A DNA stretch of 64,000 bases from Mobula hypostoma. Its lineage: Eukaryota. The position numbers and the translations under genes were made by a program. The notes under the pieces were generated by a model. The model was not told where the DNA came from, searched no databases, and saw only the letters and a program-made list of their open reading frames with translations. Shown here piece by piece: positions 54,181 through 64,000 of the stretch; the first letter of the stretch is position 1; every line of letters starts with the position of its first letter. The stretch is taken from NCBI RefSeq assembly GCF_963921235.1, contig NC_086097.1:100628001-100692000 (forward strand). Reading direction: 5' to 3'.

Positions 54181-56150
54181 TCCAAAGAGGAAGAAGTATT
54201 CTAAAGATGAGATGACCCAACGGTAACAAGAGAAGTCAAGGCCAACATGAAAGCCAAAGAGAGGGCATATAATAGAACAAAAATTAGTGGGAAGTTAGAG
54301 GTTAAAAACCAAGAGAAGGCAACTAAAAATATTATTAAGGAGGTAAAGATGGAATATGCAATTAAGCTAGCCATTAATATTAAACAGGATACCAAATGTT
54401 TCTTCAGATACATAAGGTGTTAAAGAGAGGTGAGAATGGATATTGGATTGCTTGAAAATTATGCTGGAGTGGTAGTAATGAGGGGCAAGGAAATGGTGAC
54501 ACACTGAATAAGTGTTTTGCATCAGTCTTCACAGTGGAAGACACTAGCAGTATGGTGAAAGTTCCAGGTGTCAGAGGTCATGAAGTGTGTGAAGTTACGA
54601 TTACTAGAGAGAAGGTTTCTGGGAAACTGAAAGGTCTGAGGTAGGTAAGTCACTTGAACTAGATGGCATACACCCTAGAGTTCTGAAAGTGGTTGCTGAG
54701 TGATTGTGGAAACATTAGTTCTGGAAGAGTGGAAAATTGCAAATGTCTCTCCACTCTTCAAGAAGGGAGAGAGGCAGGAGAAAGGAAACTATAGTCTGAC
54801 GTCAATGGTTGGGAAGATGTTGGAGTCAATTATTAAGGATGAGGTCTCAGGGTATTTGGAGGCACATGATAAAATAGACCGTAGTCAGCAAGGTTTCCTC
54901 AAGGGAAAATTTTGCCTGAAAAATCTGTTGGAATTCTTTGAAGAAATAACAAGCAGGATAAACAAAGAAGAGTCAGTTGATGTTGTGTACTTGGATTTTC
55001 AGAAGGACTTTGGAAAAATGCCACACATGAGACTGTTTAACAACCTATGAGCCCATGGTATTCCAGCAAAGATTCTAGCATGGATAAAGAAGTGGCTAAT
55101 TGGCGGGAAGCAAAAAGTGGGAATAAAAGGAGCCTTTTCTGGCTGGCTGCTGGTAGCTAACGGTATTCCACAAGGGTCTGTGTTGGGACTGATTCTTTTT
55201 ACATTAAATGTCAATAATTTGGATGATGGAATTAATGGCTTTGTTGCCAAGATTGCAGTTGATATGGTGGAGGGGGCAGGTAGGTTTGAGGAAGTAGAAG
55301 GGCTTAGACATGTTAGGAGAATTTGCAAAGAAATAACAGATGGAATACAATGTCAAGAAATGTATGGTCATGCACTTTGGTAGAAGAAACTAAAGAGATG
55401 ACTATTTTCTAAATAGAGAGAAAATACATTTTCTGAGATGCAAAGGGACTTGGGAGTCCTTGTGCAGGATTCCTTAAAGATTAATCTGCAGGTTGAGTCT
55501 GTGGTGAGGAAGGCAAATGCAATTTCATCTCAAGAGGACTAGAAAATAAAAGCAAGGATGTAATGTTGAGACTTTATAAAGCACTGTTGAGGTTCACCTG
55601 GAGTATTGTGAACAGCTTTGGGCCCCATCTTAGAAAGGTTGTGCTGAGAGGGTTCAAAGAAGGTTCATGAAAATGATTCCAGAATTGAATGGCTTGTCAT
55701 GTGAAGAGTGTTTGATGGCTCTGAGCTGTATTCACTAGAATTCAGAAGAATGAGGGATGACTCATTGAAACCTATTGAGTGGTGAAAGGCCTTGATAGAG
55801 TGGATGTGGAGAGGATGTTTCTTATGATGGGAGAGTCTAAGACCAGAGGACACAGCCTCAGAATAGAGGAGCATCCTTTTAGAATGAGATGAGGAGGAAT
55901 TTCTTTAGCTAAAGAGTGGTGAATCTGTGGAATTCTTTGCCACAGGTAGCTGTGAAGGCCAAGTCCTTATGTATATTTAAGGCAGAGGTTGATAGATTCT
56001 CGATTGGTCAGGGTATGAAGCGATATAGAGAGAAGGCAGGCGATTGTGGCTGAAAGGAAAATTGTATCAGACTCGAGATGGTGGAGCAGATTTGTTGGGC
56101 CAAATGCCTAATTCTGCTCCTATATTTTAAGGTGTTATGGTCTTATGGTC
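53617..56150 (+). mobile_element. 5'-truncated decayed CR1 LINE (mid-endonuclease to tail)
   Basis: GVVYRPPNS, SDHY, WKIANVSPLFKKG, YLDFQK, GIPQGSVLG; tail gttatggtcttatggtc. Confidence 0.92.
54136..54177. repeat. (TA)21 microsatellite inside CR1
   Basis: Perfect dinucleotide run. Confidence 0.98.
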
Positions 56151-56189
56151 TTTCACTGTATTGGAGTCCCAGTCAATATGTGGAAAGTT

Positions 56190-57001
56190 AAATGTTCTCT
56201 CTGAGGTGAGCACCTACGTGTATGTGCACATCTTTTGTTACTAGCTTACAAATGAACTTAAACTGTGCACAAAAGACTGTCACCCTCTACCTTGTCAGCA
56301 TGTTAAGTATATTTCACGATCGTACACAATCACATTTCCTTTTCCGGTTTCTGATGTGGACGGTGCTGACAAGATGGGAGTTTGTGATGATTCATCTGCT
56401 GATTTTAGAGCTCGCTTATTTATATTGTTTTTATTGAAGAAGTTATTGATTCATTATGTTGAATTCCAAAGTAACAAACAGCGTGAAGTGCAAAAGAACT
56501 GCTAGTTCATTTAATGCGGAATGGCTTAATGAAACAGTAGAAACTGCTACACTGAAAGCTCATGAGGTCAGGAATGTGTAGCTATGAGAAATATTTATGT
56601 ACAGTACAGAAACTGGAGTTATCTGTGGGTATTGTCGCAATGCAAAAGTTGCTGGAGAATTTGCAAGTGGGAATAAGTGGAGTGACATTTGGAAACTTGA
56701 CGTTTTAAAGCATCATTCAGCAAGCAAATCACATATAGACGGTGTGCAAAAGCTCCATTGAGAAAATCCTTCATTACCCACTACAGGCCTGCTGTGTATG
56801 TTTTGTGAGAGTGCAGATGAACAAGGGTGAAAACCATTAAACCCAGAGGAGTTCAAAGTTCTTATTGACAGTGTTTTGCTGACTGTTAAAATGAATATCT
56901 CTATAGCTAAATTCCAGCACACACATGTTGTCACTGGGCAAAAAATTGCACAGCACAAGAATTTTGCACACACTGGTGCTTACAAATTAGAGGGACCATT
57001 G
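56190..57001 (+). mobile_element. Internally deleted hAT-type DNA transposon remnant
   Basis: Imperfect TIRs aaatgttctctctga and ttagagggaccattg (11/15 match); decayed frame from 56457 with FNAEW...CGYC...FASG.KW...LKHHSASKSH (TTF-like zinc finger of hAT transposases); no clear 8-bp TSD. Confidence 0.65.
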
Positions 57002-57034
57002 CCTATTATTACATCTGCCTTTTTTACCACCAGA

Positions 57035-57651
57035 AAAAGAGAGATCTCCCACTGGCCACCCATTTCATTTCTACTTCCCATTCTTATTCCCCAATGTCAG
57101 TCCATGGCCTCTTCAACTGCCGCCATGAAACCGCACTCAGGTTGCTGGAGAAACACCTTATATTCTGCCTGGGCAGCCTCCAATCTGATGGCATGAACAA
57201 TGATTTCTCAAACTTCCAGTAATTGTCCTCTCCCCTTCACCATTCCCCCAAATTGCCCCCCCCCTTCACCAGTCTCCCATTCCTGTTTCCCTCGCTCACC
57301 TTTTCTGCTTGCCTGTCCATCACCTCCCCCTGGTACTCCTCTTCTCCCTCTCCTATCAGATTTCCCCCTCTCTAGCCCTTTATCTCTTTTACCAATCAAC
57401 TTCCCTGGTTTCTATATCACCCCTCCCCCTCTACCCGTTCCACCTATCACCTACCACCTTGTACTTCTTCTCCCCTCCCCCCACCTTCGTGTGCTGATCT
57501 CACATCCTTTTTCTCTAGTGCTGCTGAAGGATCTCAGCCAGAAATGTTGTCTGTTTACTCTTTCACATAGATGCAGCCTGATCTGCTGAGTTCCTCCAGC
57601 ATTTTGTGTGCATTGCTTTGGATTTCCAGCATCTGCAGACTTCCTTGTGTT
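57035..57651 (+). mobile_element. Penelope-like element 3' fragment (GIY-YIG C-terminus + pseudo-LTR)
   Basis: DLPLATHF...LLEKHLIFCLGSLQSDGMNNDFSNF, then a pyrimidine-rich tract and ctgctgagttcctccagcattttgtgt...ccagcatctgcag. Confidence 0.78.
57516..57553 (+). ncRNA. Degenerate hammerhead ribozyme remnant in the Penelope pseudo-LTR (probably inactive)
   Basis: ctgctga-aggatctcagcca-gaaa-tgtt versus the core CUGAUGA-stem II-GAAA-CGUC; located where Penelope-like elements carry minimal hammerheads. Confidence 0.5.
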
Positions 57652-57690
57652 TGTACTATCACCACCTTATGTTTTCTCGCAATAGTTTGT

Positions 57691-58686
57691 TGTCATAGGG
57701 GCGGTGGCTGGGAACGGACCCAAGTGCAAGACACAGACACTGAAGTACTAGAGACAGGACTAGGATACAGGGCGATGGCAAGGACATGGACAGGAAAACC
57801 AGGAACCTGGAACAGGACTGAACAAGAGAGCTAGGAGCCCGGGCTTGGACTCCGAGCCAGAGACTGGACAAGGACCCAATACCTGGGTCTTGCCTCTGGC
57901 TCGAACCCCAGAACTAGGCAAGGACGAGGCTTGGCAGGCAGGATGAAGCTGGAGTCTTCAGGCTCGAGGCTAGGCAAGAGACGAGGTGAGGCTTGGGCAG
58001 GAGGCTGGAGGCTTGAGACTAGAGGCGAGGCTGGAGGCTGGAGGCTTGAGACTAGAGGCGAAGCTCGAGGCTGGAGGCTTGAGACTAGAAGCGAGGCTGG
58101 AGGCTGAGGCTGGAGACTTGAGCCTTGAGGCTGGAGCCTTGAGACTTGAGGTGAGGCGAAGCTGGAGGCTGGAGGCTTGAGACTAGAGGTGAGGCTGGAG
58201 GCTGAGGCTTGAGACTTGAGCCTTGAGGCGAGGCTGGAGACTTGAGCCTTGAGGCGAGGTGAGGCTGGAGCCTTGAGACTTGAGGCGAGGCGAGGCTTGG
58301 CTCCTCCTGGGCAGGGCGCAGATCACCTGGGCAGGGCGCGGATCACCACCCGACAGAGGCAAGGGACAGGAAGGGACAGAACCAACCCCAGGTAACGGCA
58401 AGACGGCATGGCTTACCTGGGCGGAGGCAAGGGACAGAAAGGGAGCTAGGTACAGGGTGGCTCCGGGACAAGACGGCAAGACCAGGCAAGGCTTCAGGCA
58501 ATGCAAGGCGAGACGAGAACTTCAGGCAAGGCAAGAGTTACCGGCAAGTCAAGGCAAGGCTTCAGGCGAGGAAACAGAAGGCAGAGCAAGGGATACAAAG
58601 AGTAAGCACAAGAACAATCCAGCAACCACGCCCTGGTGGACCGGACCCTGAACCGGAATATGGACTTCACGGAATGGACTATGACA
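57691..58686 (-). mobile_element. Solo LTR (996 bp), inverted copy of the 42493-43692 family
   Basis: TGTCAT...ATGACA termini; TSD tttgt/tctgt (one mismatch); long reverse-complement identity to the first copy. Confidence 0.88.
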
Positions 58687-59752
58687 TCTGTGACCTCTCT
58701 ACAGATTTGCTCTTCTAAATCCTGCGGATGGTTGGGTGCTCAGTAATATAATCACATTAACATGGTCACGCTTTTCCTATTCCTCATTTCCACCCACAAA
58801 GCCTCACTAGACCAGTTCTCCAGTCTATCCTGGCTGAGCACTGCCATGACATTCTCCCTGACTAGTAACACCACTCCCCACTCCATCATGTCTAAAGCAA
58901 CAGAACCCCTCGACATCAGCAGCCAGTCCTGCCCCTCCTGCAACCAAGTCTCACTAATGGCTACAACGTCATAATTCCATGTGTTGATCCATGCCCTGAG
59001 CTCATCTGCCTTCCCTATGATACTTCTTGCATTGAAATACACACAACTCAGAACATTAGTCCCACCATGTTCAACCTTTTGATTCTTGACTCTGTCTGAG
59101 AATTTAACAACATCTGTTTCCACAACCTCTCCACTGTCTGTTCTGGCAATCTGGATCCCATCCTCCTGTAGCTATAGTTTAACCCCACTCCTGTGCAGCA
59201 CTAGCAAAGAACACCTCCCCACTGGGATATTCGGCCCCTTCCAGTTCAGTGCAAACTATCTCTTCAGTACAGGTCCCACATTTCCTAGAAGAGAGCCCAA
59301 GAATCCAAAAATCTGATGCTCTCCGTCCTGCATCAACTCCTTAACCATGTATGATCTTCCTATTCTGGCCTCACTAGCACGTAGCATGAGCAGCAAACCT
59401 GGGATCAACCCTGGAAGTTTTGTCCTTTAACTTGGCACTTAACTCCTTGAACTCACTTTGCAGGGCTTCATCACCCATCCTACCCATGTCATCAGTACCA
59501 ACGTGGACCACGTCCTCAGGCTGGTCACCCTTACACTGAAGAATGCTGTGGAAGATCTGACATGTCCCTGACCCTGGCATCTGGGAGACAACAAATCTGG
59601 GAATCTCACTCTCGTCCACAGAACCTCCTGTGTGTCCCCCTAACCAGTGAATCTTCCATCACTGCAGCTCACCTCTTCTCCCACCTTCCCTTATGAGCAA
59701 CACAGCCAGACTCAGTGCCAGAGACCTGGCTGCTGTAGCTTTCCTCTGCTAG

Positions 59753-59876
59753 GAATATTCTCTGGAGGGATATGGTCCAGGTGCAGGTCAGTGGGACTAG
59801 GCAGAAAAATGGTTCGGCACAGCCAAGAAGGGCCAAAAGGCCTGTTTCTGTGCTGTAATGTTCTATGGTTCTATGG
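59753..59876 (+). mobile_element. Very short CR1 3' tail insertion
   Basis: ttcggcacagccaagaagggccaaaaggcctgtttctgtgctgtaatgttctatggttctatgg, inside ORF1 of the host CR1. Confidence 0.8.
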
Positions 59877-60130
59877 TCATCCTCCCTAACAGAATCCAAA
59901 GCGGTATTCAGTTGTTGAGGGGAATGGCCATAAGCGTACTCTGCACTGGCTGCCTATACCCTTTCCACCTCCTGGCAGTTCCCCAGTTACATGTGTCCTG
60001 CACCTTGGGTGTAACTATCTCCCTGTATGCCATGTCTGTCATTCCCTCAGCCTCCCGAATGATCCAGAGTTCATCCAGTTCCAGCTCCAACTCTTTAACC
60101 CTGTCTGTTAGAAACTGCAGCTGGATGCAA

Positions 60131-61499
60131 TTAGACAAAAGGTCAGAAGATATAGGAGTAGACCTGGCCCTTTGGCCCATCCAGCCTGCTCTACCATTCC
60201 ATCATGGCTGATCCAATTTTTCTCTCAGCCCCAATCTCCTGCCTTCTCCCCGTATCCCTTCATGCCCTGACCAGTCAAGAATCTATTAACCTCTGCTTTA
60301 AATATACTTACAAACTTGGCCTCCAAATAATTCCACAGATTCACTTCTCTCTGGCTCATTCTAAAAGGATGTCCTCTGGTCTTAGACTCTCCCACCACAG
60401 GAAACATCCTCTCCACTCCATTCTGTAAAGCCCTTTCACCATTCAATAGATTTCAATGAGGTCACACCTCATTCTTCTGAATTCTAGGGAATACAGGGCT
60501 AGAGCAATCAAAAGCTCTTCATTCAATCCAGGAATAATTTTCGTGAACCTCCTCCAGTTTCAGTACAACCTCTCTGAGATAAGGGGCCCAAAAATGCTCA
60601 CAATACTCCAAGTGAGGCCTCACCAGTGCTTTATAAAGCCTCAACATGACAACCTTGCTTTTATATTCTAGTCCTTTTGAAATGAATGCTAATATCGCAT
60701 TTGCCTTCCTCACCACTGACTTAATCTGCAAATTAACCTTCAGGGAATCCTGCACGAAGACTCCCAAATCCCTTTGCACCTCAGGTTTTTGTATTTTCTC
60801 TCCAGTTAGAAAATAATCAACTCTTTAATGTCTTCTACCATGGCGCATGATCATAGCTTCTCAATACTGTATTCCATCTGTCATTCTTTTGCCCATTCTC
60901 CTAATCTGTGTCAGTTCTTCTGTAGCCTCTCTACTTCTTCAAAACTACCTGCTCCTCTACCTATCTTCATATCATCTGCAAACTTTTCAACAAAGTCAAC
61001 AATTCCATCATCCAAATCATTGACATATAACGTAAATAGAACTGGCTCCAAAACAGACCACTGTGGAACAGCACAAGTCAGGTTCAGCCAGCCGGAAAAG
61101 ACTCCCTTTATTTTCACTCTTTGCCTCCTGCCAACCAGCCACTGTTTTATCCACACTAGAATCCTTCCTGTTATACCATGAGCTCATAGCTTGTTTAGCA
61201 GCCTCATGTGTGGCACCTTGTCATAGACCTTCTGAAAATCCAAATACACAACAACAACCAATTCTTCTTTGTCTATCCTGCTTGTTATTTCTTCAAAGAA
61301 TTCCAACAGATTTGTCAGGCAAAATTTTCCCTTGAGGAAACCATGTTGACTACGGCCCATCTTATCATGTGCCTCCAAGTACCCTGAGACCTCATCCTTA
61401 ATAATCGACTCCAGCATCTTCCTAACCACCGAGGCCTATAGTTTCCTTTTTTTCTGCCTCTGTCCCTTCTTGAAGAGTGGAGTGACATTTGCAATTTGC
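60131..61499 (-). mobile_element. 5'-truncated decayed CR1 LINE (RT to tail), same subfamily as 53617-56150
   Basis: MLESIIKDEVSGYLEAHDK, YLDFQK, KFADD, LVRPHLEYC; splits the ORF1 zinc finger of the host CR1. Confidence 0.92.
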
Positions 61500-62829
61500 C
61501 ACTTCTTGCAGGTGTAGTCATCAGGACACTGGAGGTCTGCCTGCCTTCCCACCTTCCAGAAGAGCAACATTCCACAATCCTGTTCTAAATGTGCTCTAAG
61601 AAAGATAGAATAAATAACAAAAAAAGTCTAGCTACGGCCTGTACCTCTTCTTCTTGAAGCTTTGATGGACCAATGCCTCAACAGCCCACTCCTACTCTGG
61701 CAATGGCCCCTCCACTTATGCCTAACTTCTTTTTATTCTTCTTTGCTGTGCCTAATTATGCACAATCCACTGTCTGCTTGTGTATAAATGCTGACTGCCC
61801 CACTTGCTTCTTTTATACTCCCTGTCCCTCTGTGCTGTCGGACGTCTCCTCGGGAACTGTGGCATGCAAAATGTGCTGACTGCCCCAACTCACTTCTTTT
61901 AAACTCTCTTTTCTTCTAAGCAATCCAGTGTCTTCCTGGGGCTGTGTCCCACGAACTGATTATTATCAAAGATAAAAAACAGGATTGTGATTTTGATTTG
62001 AATAGCAGAAAGGTTTCCTGTCATTGGTGACCTGATCTCAGTGGACAATCTTGGATTATCTCACTTTACTGAGTGACATTTTTCAGAGAAAGATTGCATT
62101 TCCACACAAGTTTTCAAAAAGTGTTTGTTCCTGATTTTTCGAACTAGAATGGAACCAGCTGTTTCTCCAACACTGGGAATCGGTTCCCCACAGCATAGCT
62201 GAGACAGGAAACGGCAACATTTGATGCTTGGCACTGAATTATTTGCTCTCAGCTGGGGTAGCAATGGCTGAGGGCAAGAGCCAGGAAAATTCAGCAAGGC
62301 TTCATGCTCTTGACTTCAATCCATGATCCTGCTCGAAGGGTGGATATGAAGTCTATTGCCTTATTCATTACAGAGAGGTAGTGTTACAAAAAAAAACCTG
62401 CAAACCTGCATTTCTAGCACAGGGTGCAGACAACACACAGAACACAGGCTCCCTCGTGCAGAATCAGACAAGGGAAAGCAGCATGAATTAGATCTTCTAA
62501 GAGAAACAAAGGGAAAGAAATTTCCTGTGAAGGTAACTTGTAGTGATAATCCCAGTGCAATCAGTTATTTATCTTGTCCGTGATTTCGGTGAGTACAAAT
62601 AAGGTGAGTATCTTGCCATTGTGTCAACAAGGTTCCCAAGTGAAATGAGCACATTGTTCACATGTTAGTCATTATTATGGTGCAGCACACTTGAATAAAT
62701 AGAGGCATCTATTTCTTGGAGATGTCAGTGAGGCTGTAGTCTTGTGACAGACAGACTGCAGTGGGTGTGGGCTGATTGGATGGCTTGTTGCCTGGGACAC
62801 ACTGTGTCACGTGTACTATGTCATTGCTA

Positions 62830-62867
62830 ACTCACCTGGAAGAGAAAATGAACACAACTGGTTAGCA
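62830..62867 (-). promoter_or_regulatory. Splice signal cluster: branch point + polypyrimidine tract + CAG|GTGAGT (candidate recursive splice site or exon donor)
   Basis: Minus strand reads tgctaac-cagttgtgttcattttctcttccag|gtgagt, in non-repetitive DNA. Confidence 0.4.
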
Positions 62868-63469
62868 CGTCATTCTGCCGACAACATTTCAGGGATACTT
62901 TATCAAAATCAGTATCACGGCAAACACTGGAATAATATATCCCCTTTAAGAGACTAATCAAAACCCAGTCACATATCATTATGACTGCACTCGTACACCA
63001 TCGACTGACTGTTTTGAACGATCGGTAAAGAGTGTCATAATTGGGCTTTTGGTGATAAATGCAGATTCAATGGCCCATTGGATTGTTTCTGAGCTAAATT
63101 CTCTATAATTGTATGATTAATTCATCCCAATACTATGTCTGGACACTACATGGATGTCACAATGAAAATACTGTGCAGGGTTAACACAAACTCAATTGTA
63201 AAGTGTGCTTGGAACGTAATGGTGATCATGCTGATTAATCGGCAGATTCTCCCTGTACAGAGCTCCCCTTACACAGAGCTCACCTGGCCAGGGAGCAGCT
63301 GAGACCAGATAAAAGGTGTTGGCAGGACTTGAGGGCTTCTAAAGGTGGGCGGTTTAGGAATGACAGTACAGTATTGGGAGAAGAAGGATGGAGGAGGAGA
63401 GGAGAGGGGATTCTGGCTGCACAGTTCTTCCAGGATGCTCCCCCATAAGAACATAAGAAATAGACCCTC

Positions 63470-64000
63470 TCTGAGAGGGTCAGCAACTTTAAGACCCTGT
63501 CCTGGACCCAAACACTAGTGCAATTATGAAGGAAGCACAGCAACGTCTCTACTTCCTTAGGAGTTTGTGAAGATTTGGCATGTCATCTAAAACTTTGACA
63601 TCTAAAGATTTGGCATGTCATCTAAAAGTGTCTGGTGGAGAGTATATTGACTAGCTGCTGGTATGGAAACACTTGAACAGAAAATCCTATAAAAATAGTG
63701 GATACGATCCAGACCATCATGGGTAAAGCCCTCCCCACAGTTGAGCACATCTACATGGTGTGCTGATGCAGGAAAGCATCATCCATCATCAGGGACACCC
63801 ACCACCCAGGTCATGCTCTCTTCTCACTGCTGCCATCGGGTAGAAAGTACAGGAGCCTCAGGACTCACACCACCAGGTTCAGGAACAGTTATTACGCCTC
63901 AACTATCAGGCTCTTGAAATAGAGGGGATAACTTCACTTGCCCCATCACTGAACTGTTCTCACTTTCAAGGACTCTTCATCTCATGTTCTCAATATTTAT
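63470..64000 (+). mobile_element. Rex1/Babar-type LINE 3' fragment
   Basis: EAQQRLYFLRSL.RFGMSSKTL...ESILTSC...LLPSGRKYRSLRTHTTRFRNSYY; local duplication of aagatttggcatgtcatctaaaa. Confidence 0.82.

Larger units (their letters stand above)
41969..61950 (-). mobile_element. Fragmented, formerly full-length CR1 LINE that hosts nested insertions; pieces about 41969-42308, 43808-44367, 50430-50785, 51050-51340, 52036-52526, 53328-53616, 56151-56190, 57652-57690, 58687-59752, 59877-60129, 61500-61950
   Basis: Pieces are collinear and rejoin across inserts, e.g. acctctatcaaa|ccctttaatc, taccacat|tcatccagatc, tttgccag|aacagcctg, and DDYTCKKC|IQLQFL in ORF1; read right to left the order is 5'UTR, ORF1, endonuclease, RT, 3' tail. 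Confidence 0.75.

Noticed and set aside
57200..57589. Pro-rich 129-aa ORF
   Set aside because: Pyrimidine-rich non-coding tract of the Penelope-like element
42493..58686. One large element bounded by long inverted repeats
   Set aside because: Each repeat has its own distinct TSD and TG...CA ends, and the interior is unrelated LINE debris
62356..62610. Plus-strand ORF and donor-like sites (aag|gtaact, tcg|gtgagt, aag|gtgagt)
   Set aside because: No strong matching acceptor, no recognisable peptide and no partner exon on this strand

Overview
Eukaryotic, non-genic-looking vertebrate DNA. The repeat repertoire suggests a cartilaginous fish, probably a ray; this is inference. Bases 1-34998 are one head-to-tail 47-bp satellite (about 740 monomers) with a 200-N gap. 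It is nearly homogeneous left of the gap, and diverged and organised into multi-kb tandem duplications right of it. Each monomer junction spells a perfect V(D)J RSS heptamer (CACAGTG) followed 12 bp later by a partial nonamer. Just beyond the array lie a candidate 68-bp minus-strand exon and a 35-bp minisatellite that arose inside a CR1 LINE coding region. Bases 38-64 kb are mostly decayed mobile elements: CR1, Rex1/Babar, a Hero-like RLE retrotransposon, a Penelope-like element with a decayed hammerhead, a hAT element and two solo LTRs. One formerly full-length minus-strand CR1 (about 4.2 kb) can be reassembled across about 20 kb (41969-61950) around roughly 14 nested insertions. A branch point + pyrimidine tract + CAG|GTGAGT motif on the minus strand at 62830-62867 resembles a recursive splice site. 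No intact protein-coding gene, RNA gene or CRISPR array is supported. Family assignments rest on recognising motifs by eye, not on database searches.
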